A DNA stretch of 64,000 nucleotides from Octopus sinensis (GCF_006345805.1 NC_042997.1:186930001-186994000); one strand, 5' to 3'; numbered from the stretch's first letter, positions 50,033 through 63,226 are shown. Made by a program: numbers and translations. Notes: generated from the letters alone by a model not told the origin.

Positions 50033-52044
50033 CTCATGTGCACTTGTACATGTGAAATATACTTGTGTCTCTTTGTCTTTTCATTGCATAATTGTTGTAA
50101 ATGACAAGCATTCCTTTCCAGTATTTTCCAAAAAAAACATGTCTGGGCCATGAGAAAATATTACTTTGCTCAGAAACAGTTGAGGTTTCGCAACAGGAAG
50201 AGCTTCTGCTTCAATAAACTTCATTCCAACCCATACAAGCATGGAAAAGTGGATGCTAAAATGATGATGATGATGATGTTGAGAGTAGATTTTACATTCC
50301 ATGGGGGTCTAATAAGACTGAAATATATCCAGAGTTGTCTGTTGTTTTAACTAGAATAATTAAAAATAATACTAATTTCCTAACTGACATTGTCTTTTCT
50401 TCAGAACATAATTATTATCTAATTTTTGATTTTCATACCATCTGCACTAACTTAATACTTTATACAAGGTTTCACTTATATACATGTGTTTATATCTGTT
50501 TCTTTATGTGATTATATTATACAGCTTATATATACATTTACCTGTTTTTGTTAATAATGTTCAACACACTTCTCAAAACAGAGAATCTTGAAATTTTGCC
50601 CAACCAAAAATAAAGCAGATAGAAATAGTGTCAATGTGTGTTTCAGTGACACACCCTCAGTATACAACTCTGGTTTCAAACTACCATTCAAGCTAAAAGA
50701 AGGAACCTCTATATTGTTGCCACAAACTGCTAGAAATAACAGTCAAATCACTCCGAAATCACATACTATTGTCTCTCAAAAATTCTGGATACAGTCAATA
50801 ATGTAGTTTCATTACACTGTTTAAATAAAATATGGAATATTTATAGCTGGAATGTTGATCATCATTGATGTTAGAAGGTCAATAGCTTATGACCTATCAA
50901 GGAATCCTCTAAGTAGTTACTTAGCCCTTTAGAATTTAAGCCAGCCATTCCTGGCCCAAATATTCTACCTACTTTATGCTCAAACTGGCCAGATCTTGTG
51001 GCATTCATTCATTGTTCACTTATAAAGAAAAAGGAAGATAATTTCAATAAGTACTAGAAGTATGGGGGCATGCGCTGTAAGAACACTTTACTGCATCCAC
51101 CATTTGTTTGAAATTCTTTACTCCTGGTAGATAACAGCTTTGTTCCACTCAAGTGATGACCCGCTAACTCATGGGTCTGTTTGGTTAGTTATTACTGGTG
51201 AGGGTTTCACAAGGTCTGAGTGCAAATCTTGCCTCGACTTCATTTACTCACCTTTTTTGACATGCACAGGAAACGGGTTTGTTTTTGGCATGCCGGTCCT
51301 CACACAGCACGAGAGCAATGTAAAATGAAGTGTTTTGCTCAAGAACACAACACACTGCCTGATCTGGGAATCGAACCAAGATCTGGCAATCCTGAGTGTA
51401 ACACCCTAACCACTAGGCCATGTGCCTTCACAATAAGATAATAATTAATAATGTTTTATAAATTCTCATTCATTATTATTTTTCAACATTATTCAATGGC
51501 TAACTTTTCCCTGCTTGTATGGGTCAGACAGAATTTGTTGAGGCAGATTTTCTACAGGTGGATGCCCTTCCTGTTGCCAACCATTATCTATTTCTAAGCA
51601 AGGTAATATTGTCCCCATTGCTAAATACATTTTTCACAGATGACTGGAGACAAACAATATCACTTGGATGAGGATGATGCTCATTCACAGCAATCACATG
51701 ACGTCTAGACACAGGTACATACAAACACATACATAAACATAGACATCTATATATATATATAAGTTTAGCAAAATTTAGATTCAGATGAATATGGTACTTC
51801 AGTTAAAGGCACCAGAATTTTGTATGGTATTATCCATATAAATCAAATGGGGTGATTATAATCAAAATAAGCAGTAAGGATATCCAAGGTAGAGTTGTAC
51901 AGTTGTTTCATGCTACTTTATTTTATTAAACACTGTAAGTATTATATCAATTTTAAAATGTCGAGCAATCTTCAGCCACAGATAGGATTTTTCAATTAAA
52001 CAGACAATGCACATTCTTATACTTATTTCATATATATATATATA

Positions 52045-52220
52045 TCATCATCATCATCATCATCATCATCATCGTTTAATGTCCGTTTTCCGCGCTAGCA
52101 CGGGTTGGACGGTTTCGACCGGGGTCTGGGGAGCCAGGGGCTGCCCCAGGCTCCAGTCTGGTCTGGCAGTGTTTCTACAGCTGGATGCCCTTCCTAACGC
52201 CAACCACTCCGAGAGTGTAG
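52045..52220 (-). mobile_element. RTE 3' UTR (family R), CpG-rich copy
   Basis: Family match with (GAT)n tail. Confidence 0.88.
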
Positions 52221-52238
52221 TGGGTGCTTTTTACGTGC

Positions 52239-52281
<43 letters not shown>

Positions 52282-52637
52282 ACATACAATGGGCGCTTTC
52301 AGTTTCCACCTATCAAATCCCTTCACAAGGCTTTGGTTGGCCCAGGGCTACAGTAGAAGACATTTGTCCAAGGTGCCATGCAGTGGGACAGAATCTGAGA
52401 CCACATGGTTATGAAGAAGGCTTCTCAATCATCCAAATACACCGGCTTATTCTTAAAGGAAAATCTGATCTTTGTTAGTTAAGACAATGACTGGAACAGA
52501 TATTAGACCTTATCAGTGAAGCGTAACCAACATTTATCTGCTTGATCAATAAACACAGTTTTTGACATAGAAAAATGGTTATTAATAACTTTTGACAAGC
52601 AGTAATTTACATGATAATAAAAATAAATTTAAATTAA

Positions 52638-52902
52638 CCTTTTAGCATTTAAACTGGCTATGTCCAGCCAAAATACTTTTTTTTTTAAAAAGAATATATT
52701 TACTTTTACTTATTTCAGTCATTTTACTGTGGCCATGCTGGAGCACCGCCTTTAGTCGAGCAAATAGACCTCAGGACTTTGTAAGCCTAGCACTTATTCT
52801 ATTGGTCTCTTTTGCCGAACTGCTAAGTTACAGGGTACGTAAACACATCAGCATTGGTTTTCAAGCGATGTTGGGGTGGTACAAACACAGACACACAAAC
52901 AT

Positions 52903-52933
<31 letters not shown>

Positions 52934-53262
52934 CATATATACGACGGGCTTCTTTCAATTTCTGTCTACTAAATCCACTCACAAGGCTTTGGTTGACCCA
53001 AAGCTATAGTAGAAGACACTTGCCCAGGGTGCTATGCAGTAGGACCGAACCCGGAATCATATGGTTTGTAAGCTAGCGACTTACCACACAGCCACTCCAA
53101 ACTGGCCAAAGACAGTCTCCCATACATACCTTACAATGTCATTCTAAAAGTAAACAATCCTATAATTGAAATTTCAACGCTACAAGATAATGCATAATTA
53201 CTTCAAAACAATGTGAATAAATAAGCATTACATTTAACAGAGTAATCTGAAAGCTAAAAGGG
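52638..53262. mobile_element. piggyBac-type MITE split by a SINE A copy (52700-53098, -)
   Basis: TTAA at 52634-52637 and 53263-53266; ends CCTTTTAGC and GCTAAAAGGG. Confidence 0.85.
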
Positions 53263-54229
53263 TTAAGGAGAAATTACTTAATTTAATCTATGAACGTACT
53301 CTGTAGGCTTTGAAATTTTCCTCATAATGGGAGAGAGACAACGCAAATGTAGTAGCATTCATCTGTGAATCAGAAAGAAAGGGGGAGATAATTTCAGTAA
53401 ATTGGCCGCAGACTGAAACACATAAAAGCGGGGGAAAAAAATTTAATTAACATGTCCATTACTGTCACTACTGCGATCAAAGATCAGATTTTTTCCCCTT
53501 AAGCTTCAGCTTAAGCCCAATTTTTTAAAATTAAATCTTAATCTATTGAAATTATCACCACTTTTCGTTGTGAATCTAATAAATGCCACAGAGTTTTTAT
53601 TTTTTTTTTTTCCAACTTAGAGTGAAATTTCAATTCATTAAGAATTTTTTGTGTCCATCATTCGGTACAGATGTACTTGATTTTCCTAAGTCCATGGCTT
53701 TGGTTTTTTTTAGTTATTTCTTTCAGCTCAATTTTTTTTCTTATAAAATTTTTAAAAATATACTTATTTTAGAAAGGATGAGCTAAGAGTGACTATATGA
53801 AGACAAAGGTCATAATACAAATGAATCTTCGTAAAGAATTTCCAGAGTTAGTTTTAGTCAGGTGCTCAATTGCTTTGAAGTTAACACTTCAGAGGTTTCG
53901 CTAATTGCAACATTATTTCAAATAAGTCCAAGTTTTAATGAGATTTTGAACAGGATAATCCATCACTATAAAATTTATATTAGGAAATAGGAAATGAGAT
54001 CTCACATTTTTTTCCTTTTAAAGGAATTATTTTCAATTAGATGGAACGATGTGCTTTCTATCCTTGATTTAGTTCTCAACTTTAGTTAATGAAGAATGTT
54101 CAGTAATGATTTTCAAGAATACTGTAGAGTTCTTGTATGCAGAGAGGCAAAATTAAACTTATATATCACTGCCTTATGATCCAAGTATTTGAGACTATGT
54201 ACCTGAGGTACTGACGAGGTTAGGCAAAT

Positions 54230-54430
54230 GTGCTGGTTGTGTGGTAAAAAAGTTTACTTCCCAACCACATGGTCCTGGGTTCAATCTCACAGCATGACAT
54301 TTTAGTCAAGCGTCTACTGCTGTAGCCCCAGGCTGACCAAAGACATATGAGAGGATTTGGTAGATGGAAGATGGAAACAGAAAGAAGACTATCATGTATG
54401 TATGTGTGTGTATGTGTGTGTGTGTGTATG
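54230..54430 (+). mobile_element. SINE family A, 5' half
   Basis: Family match. Confidence 0.75.
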
Positions 54431-54454
54431 TATGTATGTATCAGATCACTTTCG

Positions 54455-54920
54455 AGTGCTACTAGTAACATGTAACCCAGTACAACCTGTTGCATGGTCG
54501 GGCTGTCGGCGACTAAACCGGCAAACCCACCAAGCTTGCTTGGTGAGGAGGATGTTTATCGGACACCCTGTGGGATGATAAACAAAACCCATCAAAGGGT
54601 GGAGGAACTCTTGGGAGTCAATGGTCATCCAATAAATGTGTAATTTTTTTTTTATTAAGGCTTAAGGCTGTATCATGCGCAGGGACATAGAAATAATCGG
54701 ACTGAATACCCAATCGCGCGGTTAAACCATTGGAAGTGAAGGACTCCTAGCTCTTGTTAGGGTATCCTTCTAGGAGAAGGTAACTCAGGTAACTGGGATA
54801 ACTCCGACATGAAACCTGTGGCTCAGTGGTTACCGATGATGTTGACTTGTTCTTCTTTTCGGATTATGGCTGCTGTTGCTTAATGAGTGAGATTGACTCA
54901 GTGCACAGCCTTTCCTCACT
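54455..54920 (+). repeat. Unclassified GC-richer repeat, possibly a non-LTR 5' UTR-derived element
   Basis: Second copy at 1368-1575; A-rich end near 54921. Confidence 0.5.
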
Positions 54921-55380
54921 TAAAAAAAAAATATTGCACAGGCATTGCACGATAACAACATTGTTCATGATTGTTGATGGTGCTGTGAGTCTCAACTGAA
55001 TGGCTGGCTGTAGCCTTAAAAAGCAAATAAAATTCACATTCGATCACAGCACCAATAACAGTTAAGCCTCGTGCAATGGCCATACTCGATAACGAGGGGG
55101 CAGCCATCATGTATGTATATGTACATGTTACCGTCTCCTTTCCTTGACTTCATGTGATAGCTGTAAAACGGGGTTCTCTGTTGTGCCCTCTGTCATGCAA
55201 GTGATGTCCCCTTCATTTCCAATCTTCCATGGAAATAATGTCTGGTCATGGGAATATATGACCAGAAATGTTACCTTACTTGCAAACAGGTGAGGGCTGA
55301 TAGGAACAGCATCCATCTGTAAAAAATCCTGCTCAACAAATTCTATCCAACCCATATGAGCATGAAAAAGTGAACATTAT

Positions 55381-55561
55381 AGGTGCAGGAGTGGCTGTGT
55401 GGTAAGTAGCTTGCTTACCAACCACATGGTTCCAGGTTCATTTCCACTGCGTGGCACCTTGGGCAAGTGTCTTCTACCTCAGGCCGACCAAAGCCTTGTG
55501 AGTGGATTTGATAGATGGAAACTGAAAGGATTCTGTTGTATATATATATATATAATATATA

Positions 55562-55600
<39 letters not shown>

Positions 55601-55792
55601 TGCATGTGAGTTTGTCCCTCCAACATCGCTTGACAACCGATGGTGGTGTGTTTACGTCCCCGTAACTTAGCGGTTTGGCAAAAAAGACCGATAGAATAAG
55701 TACTAGGCTTACGAAGAATAAGTCCTGGGGTTGACTTGCTCGACTAAAGGCAGTGCTCCAGCATGGCCACAGTCAAATGACTGAAACAAGTT
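55381..55792 (+). mobile_element. SINE family A, full length
   Basis: Family match. Confidence 0.92.
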
Positions 55793-56455
55793 AAAAAAAA
55801 AATTAAAGCAATGATGATGGTATATCCTATCAAATAGCAGATGGTTATTCATGTATTTGTATAGGAATGTATCAAAACAATAATACTCCTAATCATGTTT
55901 TACTTAAAATTCTTCCCATGTCTTCATCCATAGCTCTATTTAAACAGATAACTGAAGATTAATGCTATCTTGAAATATGAATAATATATCTTCACAGTTT
56001 AGACATTCAATCTAAAGATTAGACAGTCTTTCTAGTCCATACTCTCAAATTATCTTTTATTTTGTTGTGTTGGCTGTCACCCAATATTAAGTATGATCAT
56101 TCATCATGAAGCTTGTAGATGATTTAATACAAAGAGACTAATGCACAGACAGTAATCACCAATTTTCAGTAGAAGTATATGTATTTAGAGAATCACTGAT
56201 ATAGTTTTTACTGTGGTCAGAGAATCCTCATGATGATATAGACACACATGCACATGTATGTAAATAGTTGTTGCTTGGCTACAGGTCATCCCTGATTAGC
56301 TTTTAGCATATAAACAAGTTGTATCTGGCCTGAACATTCTACTGGTTTTATGTTTAAACTGGCCATATCTGGCCTCTCACACCTACCCTACAATGCCATT
56401 CTAAAAATAAACAATCACACCATTGAAATCTCAAAGCTATGAGATAATACCCAAT

Positions 56456-57266
56456 TCAGTGTGCACACACAACAGAGTGTAAGTGCCCTGAGAGAAATGC
56501 TGGACATAAGAAGCATCGGATGTGGTGTGCAAGAGAGACATTTACGCTGGTATTGTCATGTACTACGGATAGATGAGGAGAGATGTGTGAACAAGTGCCA
56601 CTCCCAAACAGCTGAAGGAATCCAGGGTAGAGGTAGACCCAGGAAGACATGGGATGAGGTGGTCAAGCATGACCTTCGAACGTTGGGCCTCACAGAGGCA
56701 ATGACGAAAGACTGAGATCTCTGGAGATATGCTGAGACCTGACAAATGATGTGAGTTCATTGCTGTTTCCTGCACCAGTTTCACACAGCAACCCCAGCCC
56801 ATCCAAAGTACCTTGAATCGCAGGACGGCCTGCTGTGCTTACCTTGGCTCGTAGGGCAACCTGATGTGCTTGAGGAAACCTATCGAGTCAAGTACATCAA
56901 CATCAAAATAAAAATCAAGTGGAAATTGTAGCTGTGATACCCATGCTGGTGGCACGTAAAGAGCACGATCCGAACGTGGCTGATGCGAGCACCACCTTGA
57001 CTGGCTTCTGTGCTGGTGGTACATAAAAAGCACCAACTGATCGTGGCCATTGCCAGCCTCCTCTGGCCCCTGTGCCGGTGGCACGTAAAAAGTACCCTCT
57101 ACACTCACGGAGTGGTTGGCATTAGGAAGGGCATCCAGCTGTAGAAACACTGCCAGATCAGACTGGAGCCTGGTGTAGCCTCCTGGCTTCCCAGACCCCA
57201 GTCAAACCGTCCAAGCCATGCTGGCATGGAAAACGGATGTTAAACGATGATGATGATGATGATGAT
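56456..57266 (+). mobile_element. 5'-truncated RTE LINE (RT C-terminus + 3' UTR + (GAT)n), inserted in a piggyBac-type MITE (about 56297-57332)
   Basis: ORF ..HLRWYCHVLRIDEERCVNKC..GRGRPRKTWDEVVKHDL is followed by the family R UTR; MITE halves lie on both sides. Confidence 0.9.
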
Positions 57267-57944
57267 AATCCAAAATAATGTGAATAAATAAGCTTTACAC
57301 TTGACAGAATAATTTGAATCTGAAGGGGTTAAGCAGACATGACCAAAGTCATTCCAGCTATGATCAGACTCTTGTATACCAGGAACTACATCTTCCAAAG
57401 TATCCTTCCTTAAGACTGAAACATGTGATTAAAAGATAATTTTTCTATCAACTCTAACAGTTTCAGCAACTGTATGGCTTGGTAAACAACTGTATGCAAA
57501 TAAGGCCCAGCTAAACAGTGTAGTGAACTAGCAAACAATTTGTCAATGAAGCAGTGTAATCTGTGCTGTATTTATAAAGTAGTCAATTTCTTTAGACATA
57601 ACTGTAGTGAGGCAAATTGAAGCTGAAAGAATTCTTTGGTTTGCCCACTGATATACTATAGCACCAATTAGGGAATACCAACTCAAGTGCTTTGAAAGAG
57701 TTCAAACCAATAATTATACTTAGCTATTTTGATTCCTCATAATTAGATATATATATGTATATATATATGTATATTTATATATATGTGTATGTATTAAATG
57801 TAATTAATGTCTCCAAACCAAATACTTTCAATGAGTCTTCAACATTTTCTAGATATTTCTTCAAATGTTTCAGTGGTTCTTTGTTATCATTATTGTTTTT
57901 GTTGTTGTTGTTGTTATTGTTGCTATTATTGTTCTTATTATACG

Positions 57945-58165
57945 AAGGCAGTGAGCAGGAAGAATTGTTAGCAATACTGGACAAAATGCTTAGTGGCATT
58001 TCTTCTGTCTTTACGTTCTGAGTTCAAATACTGTTTGGGTTGATTTTGCCTTGCATCCTCTTTGGGGTTAATAAAATAAGTACCAGTTGAATATTGGAGT
58101 TGATGTAATTGACCAGCCCCCAGCCCCAAAATTCTAGGCCTTAAACTTATAGTAGAAAGAATTAT
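57945..58165 (+). mobile_element. SINE family B, degraded
   Basis: Family match; (ATT)n tail. Confidence 0.8.
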
Positions 58166-58175
58166 TATTATTATT

Positions 58176-58562
58176 TTGGTTTGGCTCAGGTTCAGTCTTA
58201 TTCCTGGAAGGATTTATGTGGGTAGCGGGTTATTACTGTAACCTTAGGTATCCCCTAGTTTTCAGCAGTCTTTCAAGTACTTAGAACCCTCCTGAATGAA
58301 GGTACTTGCTGTCCCTAAGAGACAAACCTTCTGTGGGAGTTCTACCGGGCATTCTATTTCAATCTCCTTCAGCCATTTGTCTATATCTTGGCTTTCTGTT
58401 TCCAATGCACCAGTTATTATAGGCACAACTTTTACTGTTCTCCAGATTCCTCCTATTTCAAATTCTCTGAATTCTTCCTATTTCAAATTTTAAGGAATTG
58501 TATTTTTTTTTGTTTTTCTTCCTCTTTCTTTACAATCCTGGAATCAAATGGGCATGATGGGT
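58176..58562 (-). mobile_element. RLE-type (R4/Dong-like) non-LTR retrotransposon 3' fossil
   Basis: Reads CPFDSRIVKKEEEK..KYNSLKFEIGRI/WRTVKVVPIITGALET..KWLKEIEIECPVELPQKVCLLGTA, the restriction-like endonuclease C-terminus. Confidence 0.8.
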
Positions 58563-58584
58563 CAATTATTATTATTATTATTAT

Positions 58585-59185
58585 ATGAAGGTGTTGAGCT
58601 GGCAGTCGGCGAGCTGGCAGAAACGTTAGCACACCAGGCGAAATGCTTACCGGCATTTTGTCTGTCTTTACGTTCTGAGTTCAAATTCCACCAAGGTCAA
58701 CTTTGCCTATCATCCTTTCGGGGTTGATAAATTAAGTACCAGTTACGCACTGGGGTCGATATAATCGACTTAATCCATTTGTCTGTCCTTGTTTGTTCTC
58801 TCAGTGTTTAGCCCCTTGTAGGTAGTAAAGAAATAGGTATTTCGTCTGTCTTTACGTTCTGAGTTCAAATTCTACCAAGGTCAACTTTGCCTATCTTCCT
58901 TTCGGGGTCGATAAATTAAGTACCAGTTATGCACTGGAGTCGATATAATTGACTTAATCCGTTTGTCTGTCCTTGTTTGTCCCCTCTGTGTGTAACCCTT
59001 TGTGGGCAGTAAAGAAATAAGACTTGTTACAGTACCAGGAAAAATTCTTAGTGGTGTTTCTTTTGTCTTTATGTTCTGATTCCAAATGCCACTGGGATTG
59101 GCTTTACTTTTCATACTTTTGGAGTCAATGTAATTGACTTTGTACCTACTCCTGAAATTGCTGGCCTTGTGCTAAAATTTGAAAC
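58585..59185 (+). mobile_element. Tandem/nested SINE family B cluster
   Basis: Two long-tail bodies joined at aaagaaata|ggtatttcgtc, plus older copies. Confidence 0.88.
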
Positions 59186-59904
59186 CATTCTTCTTCTGTT
59201 TCTTATTGTTGTTATGAAAACTTGATTATTTCTCCTCTGCTGTATTGAAGTTGACTAGCAGGAATATATTAAGTTCTGCATTATAAACACAATCTGTGTT
59301 AAAACATATGAACATATGGATAACATTGTACGTGTGCGTAGGGTTAATACCGGAGCTGATGTGTAATTATTGTTGGGCAGAAGTAGCCTACTTCAAAACA
59401 ATTGGCTATGTTTTAGTACAACCAAACATACTATGCTTTGTCAGTGTTAGTGTCCTCTAAAACACAATAAAAATTGCTTCCTTTATAATAATCTGTAAAT
59501 AACCATCTTCAGAATAGATGTGTTTCTATGTGAAGAGTGGAAGTTGCTTACGTGTCTTCTGTGGAATTGAATAAGAATCTTATTGTAAATAACAATATTG
59601 GTGGTTATTTATATTCTTATTGCATTATTATGAGGCCTATATTTGTTTTCTAGAAAGAGGAATTTAATGATTATTGCTATTGAGGACATTAGATATTTCA
59701 CATTATCCAAATGAGAAAATATTTTTACTTAGATAAGTTTAGAAATGTATTTCTATATTTAATGTTGAAATATCCTTCAAATGTATTTGCATAGTACATG
59801 GCTAAAGCAGAATAGTTTCCAACCCTCCACCTTATAAAAATTAGATATCCAATCCTGTTGGATCTACAGACACACACACAAAGCTGCTTTAATGAAAGTT
59901 AGTG

Positions 59905-60250
59905 CTCAATTTAATAATAATTTATGCACAAAGCCTAAAATTGTTGGGAAGAAGGGGTTAGTCAATTATATTGACCCCAGTGAGCAACTGGTACTTATTT
60001 TATTGACTCCAGAACGATGAAAAGGAAAATTGATCTCAGTAGAATTTGAATTAAGCCAAAATTTGAAATCAATAATAATAATAATAATAATAATAATAGC
60101 AATAATCATGATCCCTTCTACTAAAAGCACAAGACCTAAAATTTTGTGGGAAGGGACTAGTCGATTATATCGACCCCAGTGCTTAACTGGTACCTATTTT
60201 ATCCACAGGATGAAAAGCAAAGTCAACCTTGGCAGAATTTGAACTCAGAA
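59905..60250 (-). mobile_element. Two degraded SINE family B copies separated by (AAT)n
   Basis: Family match. Confidence 0.75.
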
Positions 60251-60291
60251 CTTTATGCTCTGAGTTCAAAAAAAAAAAAAAAAAAAAAATA

Positions 60292-60325
<34 letters not shown>

Positions 60326-60478
60326 GACCTACAAAATTTATCATTTCAGGAGAATATTTTCAGAATACTGATCATGATATTGTTCAATGTTTCTAATATT
60401 AAAAAGATTCCAGTATCATATTGTTGTGGAAACAATAACTGTATCCATAAATAGTTATGTTTTTATATAAGAATATTA

Positions 60479-60686
60479 CAGTAATCCCTCAACTATCACA
60501 GGTGTTACATTCCAAAACCCTCTGTGATAGGTGAAAATCTGCAAAGTAGAAACAATACTGTACTGTATATTTTTAAAAATTATTTTCATAATTTGTATAT
60601 ATTTGTTTTATCATAATCGCAAAACAACACCATAGAGGAATCGACATAAGCTTATATAATAAACAGTGATAGGCGAGGGATTACAG
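60479..60686. mobile_element. Tigger/pogo-type MITE
   Basis: TA TSD; 21-bp TIRs CAGTAATCCCTCAACTATCAC and GTGATAGGCGAGGGATTACAG with 3 mismatches. Confidence 0.85.
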
Positions 60687-61102
60687 TACTATGATGCAAA
60701 ATTTATTGTCAAGTGTGAGGAAGCGATAGTTACTGAATGCTACCACACCAGGATTTGGCCGGCAATGAAAATAGATCTTTTGTTGAATACAGGAAATATT
60801 TTTTTTTATATAATATTATACCCAATTCTCTTTTATAGGTGCAGACGTGGTTATATGGTAAGAAGTTTGCTTCCCTACCACATGGTTCTGGGTTCAGCTC
60901 CACTGTGTGGCAACTTGGGTAAGTGTCTTCTAACTATAGCCCCAGTCTAATCAAAGACTTATGTGTGGATTTAACCATATAGCCATGCCAGTGCCCATAT
61001 ATGTGTGTATATTCTTAGTAGCTTGATCAAAGAACAAATGCTTATGTACAATATAGTGTGTATTAGAAAATGCCAGATAAATTTAAACTAAATTAAAAAA
61101 TG

Positions 61103-61320
61103 AGTCAAGACTATTGGAAAGGTTGCAAGACGCAACGAAAATTTTAGAAAAATAAAAATAAAAAATAAGTGGAAATTTTACCGGTGAGTGTGTTACATTA
61201 TTAGGTACAAAAAGAAAATGACTCTCCCCAGACACAACAGAATATGCTTCAACACACGAACTCATATAAAGAATTTGCAAACCAAATCCAAAAACGAAAG
61301 TACAAAAAGCTTGTTGAAAT
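61103..61320. mobile_element. PLE-like repeat fragment
   Basis: Homologous to 7441-7590 and 46201-46450. Confidence 0.6.
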
Positions 61321-62517
61321 GTATTTCTATGCAAATTTCTATACAATACTAACCTAGATGACTAATCACACACACACACACATCCTCCCCCACACGTGTA
61401 TATCAACTATTCTATTTATAAGTATACACAGAATGCAGAAAAATATAAAGCGTTGCACAGCTAGTGTATCCATTTCTACTTAATATACTGGGGTCTATTT
61501 GTTTGAATAAATCCTCCAAAATGGTATCCTTGCATGGCAATATTTTAACTAAAACAAGTAAAAGAATAAAAGAATATATATATATATATGTGTGTGTGTA
61601 TGTGTTGTTAAATACCATATATATTTATTATATGAATATAGATATGCAGGTATATTTACCTTATATATGTGTGTGAGTATTATTATAATGAACATGTGAG
61701 TGACCTGGAATTAACTCAACATCTAGGTAGCATTATTCTGCAATCTTTGAAATATGCTACTGTATTGGATTGTGGTTAATTTGAATAAATCTGAACAAAT
61801 TGAATTCCATTGGTGATAAAATATGTTGCAAATAAAGGAAATGATTTCTTTAGTTCAGTTGTATATCTAACATTAAATGTCTGCAAAGCTGCTGCATGAA
61901 AGTGATCAGCAGACATTATTCACAAATAACTGCATTTTAGTATATTGATTAAAAGACACGGTTAAGTGGATATGGAACTAAGTAGGGGAGACGACAACAG
62001 AGAATAGTAGATGTTGAAAGGAATAGTGGATGGGTGCATACGCATATAAACACCTGCACTCATGCACACACACGTATACACACGTAAACACTCCCACATA
62101 CATACAATTATAGATAAAATTAAATTGAAAGAAAGTAATTACCTACATAACAACCACAACCACAGCAACAACAATACAAAATACAAAGATGAAAGCAACA
62201 GATCCTATAAACCGAGCTACTATTAATGGCTATTATTATATTGAGGTGCCAAAGTGCTGTAATGTAGAGTAAACAAGCTCCTGATAAGCTGTCACAACAA
62301 TCTGGTTTTAACTGAAATGCAATCCCCATTTCAAATAATTTACAGTGTTAATTCCTCTGGAGAAAGCATGAATGCTGCCATCTCTTTTAGAAAATGTTTA
62401 GTTTTATGATTAGGAAATGAACAAACACTACATGGATTTGATTTGTCATGTAGTACCTTGTACCAACTACCATGTGGTCCAGTTCTTGCCATGGTCTGGT
62501 GGCTTGTGTATCTCGAT

Positions 62518-62685
62518 GACACTGAGAGCTATGCCAGTGGAGTGTAATTTCCTAGAAGGACCTTCCATGGCAGAGAAGAGAAAGGATAGAGGCCAGACTA
62601 AGATGGACCACCTTTCCACAGAGGTAAAAATGGGTTTATGTTAGGCTAACACCCCTACCTAGAAGGAAAGCAAAGTTACAAAAGC
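62518..62685 (+). mobile_element. 5' part of the non-autonomous RTE-like element (see 17474)
   Basis: Shares acactgagagctat..ggatagaggccaga..gaggtaaaaatgg. Confidence 0.55.
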
Positions 62686-62686
62686 A

Positions 62687-63226
62687 TCTGTATATATAAA
62701 AGGCAGGATGTGTGTGTGTGTGTGTACGTGAATGTAATTTATGCATGTCCACAAATTAGCACACATGTCGCTCCAATTTTAGGAGGACATTCGTTATGAT
62801 CCTAGCTGTATTTTCGTCAGCTTATTTTCCCCAGAGGCGCCAGTGAATAGCAGTAAAAATTAATTTTCAACCAAAACTTTTAACAATTTTCAAGTCGGAG
62901 AAATCACCATTGTTTGCAAACAGGAGTTAAGTCCCATTCTAGCGACGAGTAAGTTTTTGTTAAGACTTTTGTTGTTTTTTTCCATCGAGGAAAAAGTGTT
63001 TTGTTGATATACGGGCAACACACACAGACACGAACATGTATGCAATAGGTGTACGTACATTCGTGTGTGTATGTGAGTGTGTTGCCCACGTATATATATA
63101 TAAACCAATTTCAATGGATTTCACCCAAATTTGACGTTGATGTTACTTAGTTTGGTTTGAAATAAAGAACTTGATTAGCTTAATAATTCTAACTTAATCC
63201 CGGGCAAAGCCGGGTTATACTGCTAG
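62687..63226 (+). mobile_element. Non-autonomous Helitron-like element
   Basis: 5' end A|TCTGTATATATAAAA; subterminal hairpin CCCGG-GCAAAG-CCGGG at 63199-63214; 3' end CTAG|T; no TSD. Confidence 0.75.

Noticed and set aside
53385-53520. Cluster of TAAT and ATCAAAG motifs with a small palindrome, possible conserved non-coding element
   Set aside because: Short motifs are common in AT-rich DNA; cannot be supported without cross-species alignment.
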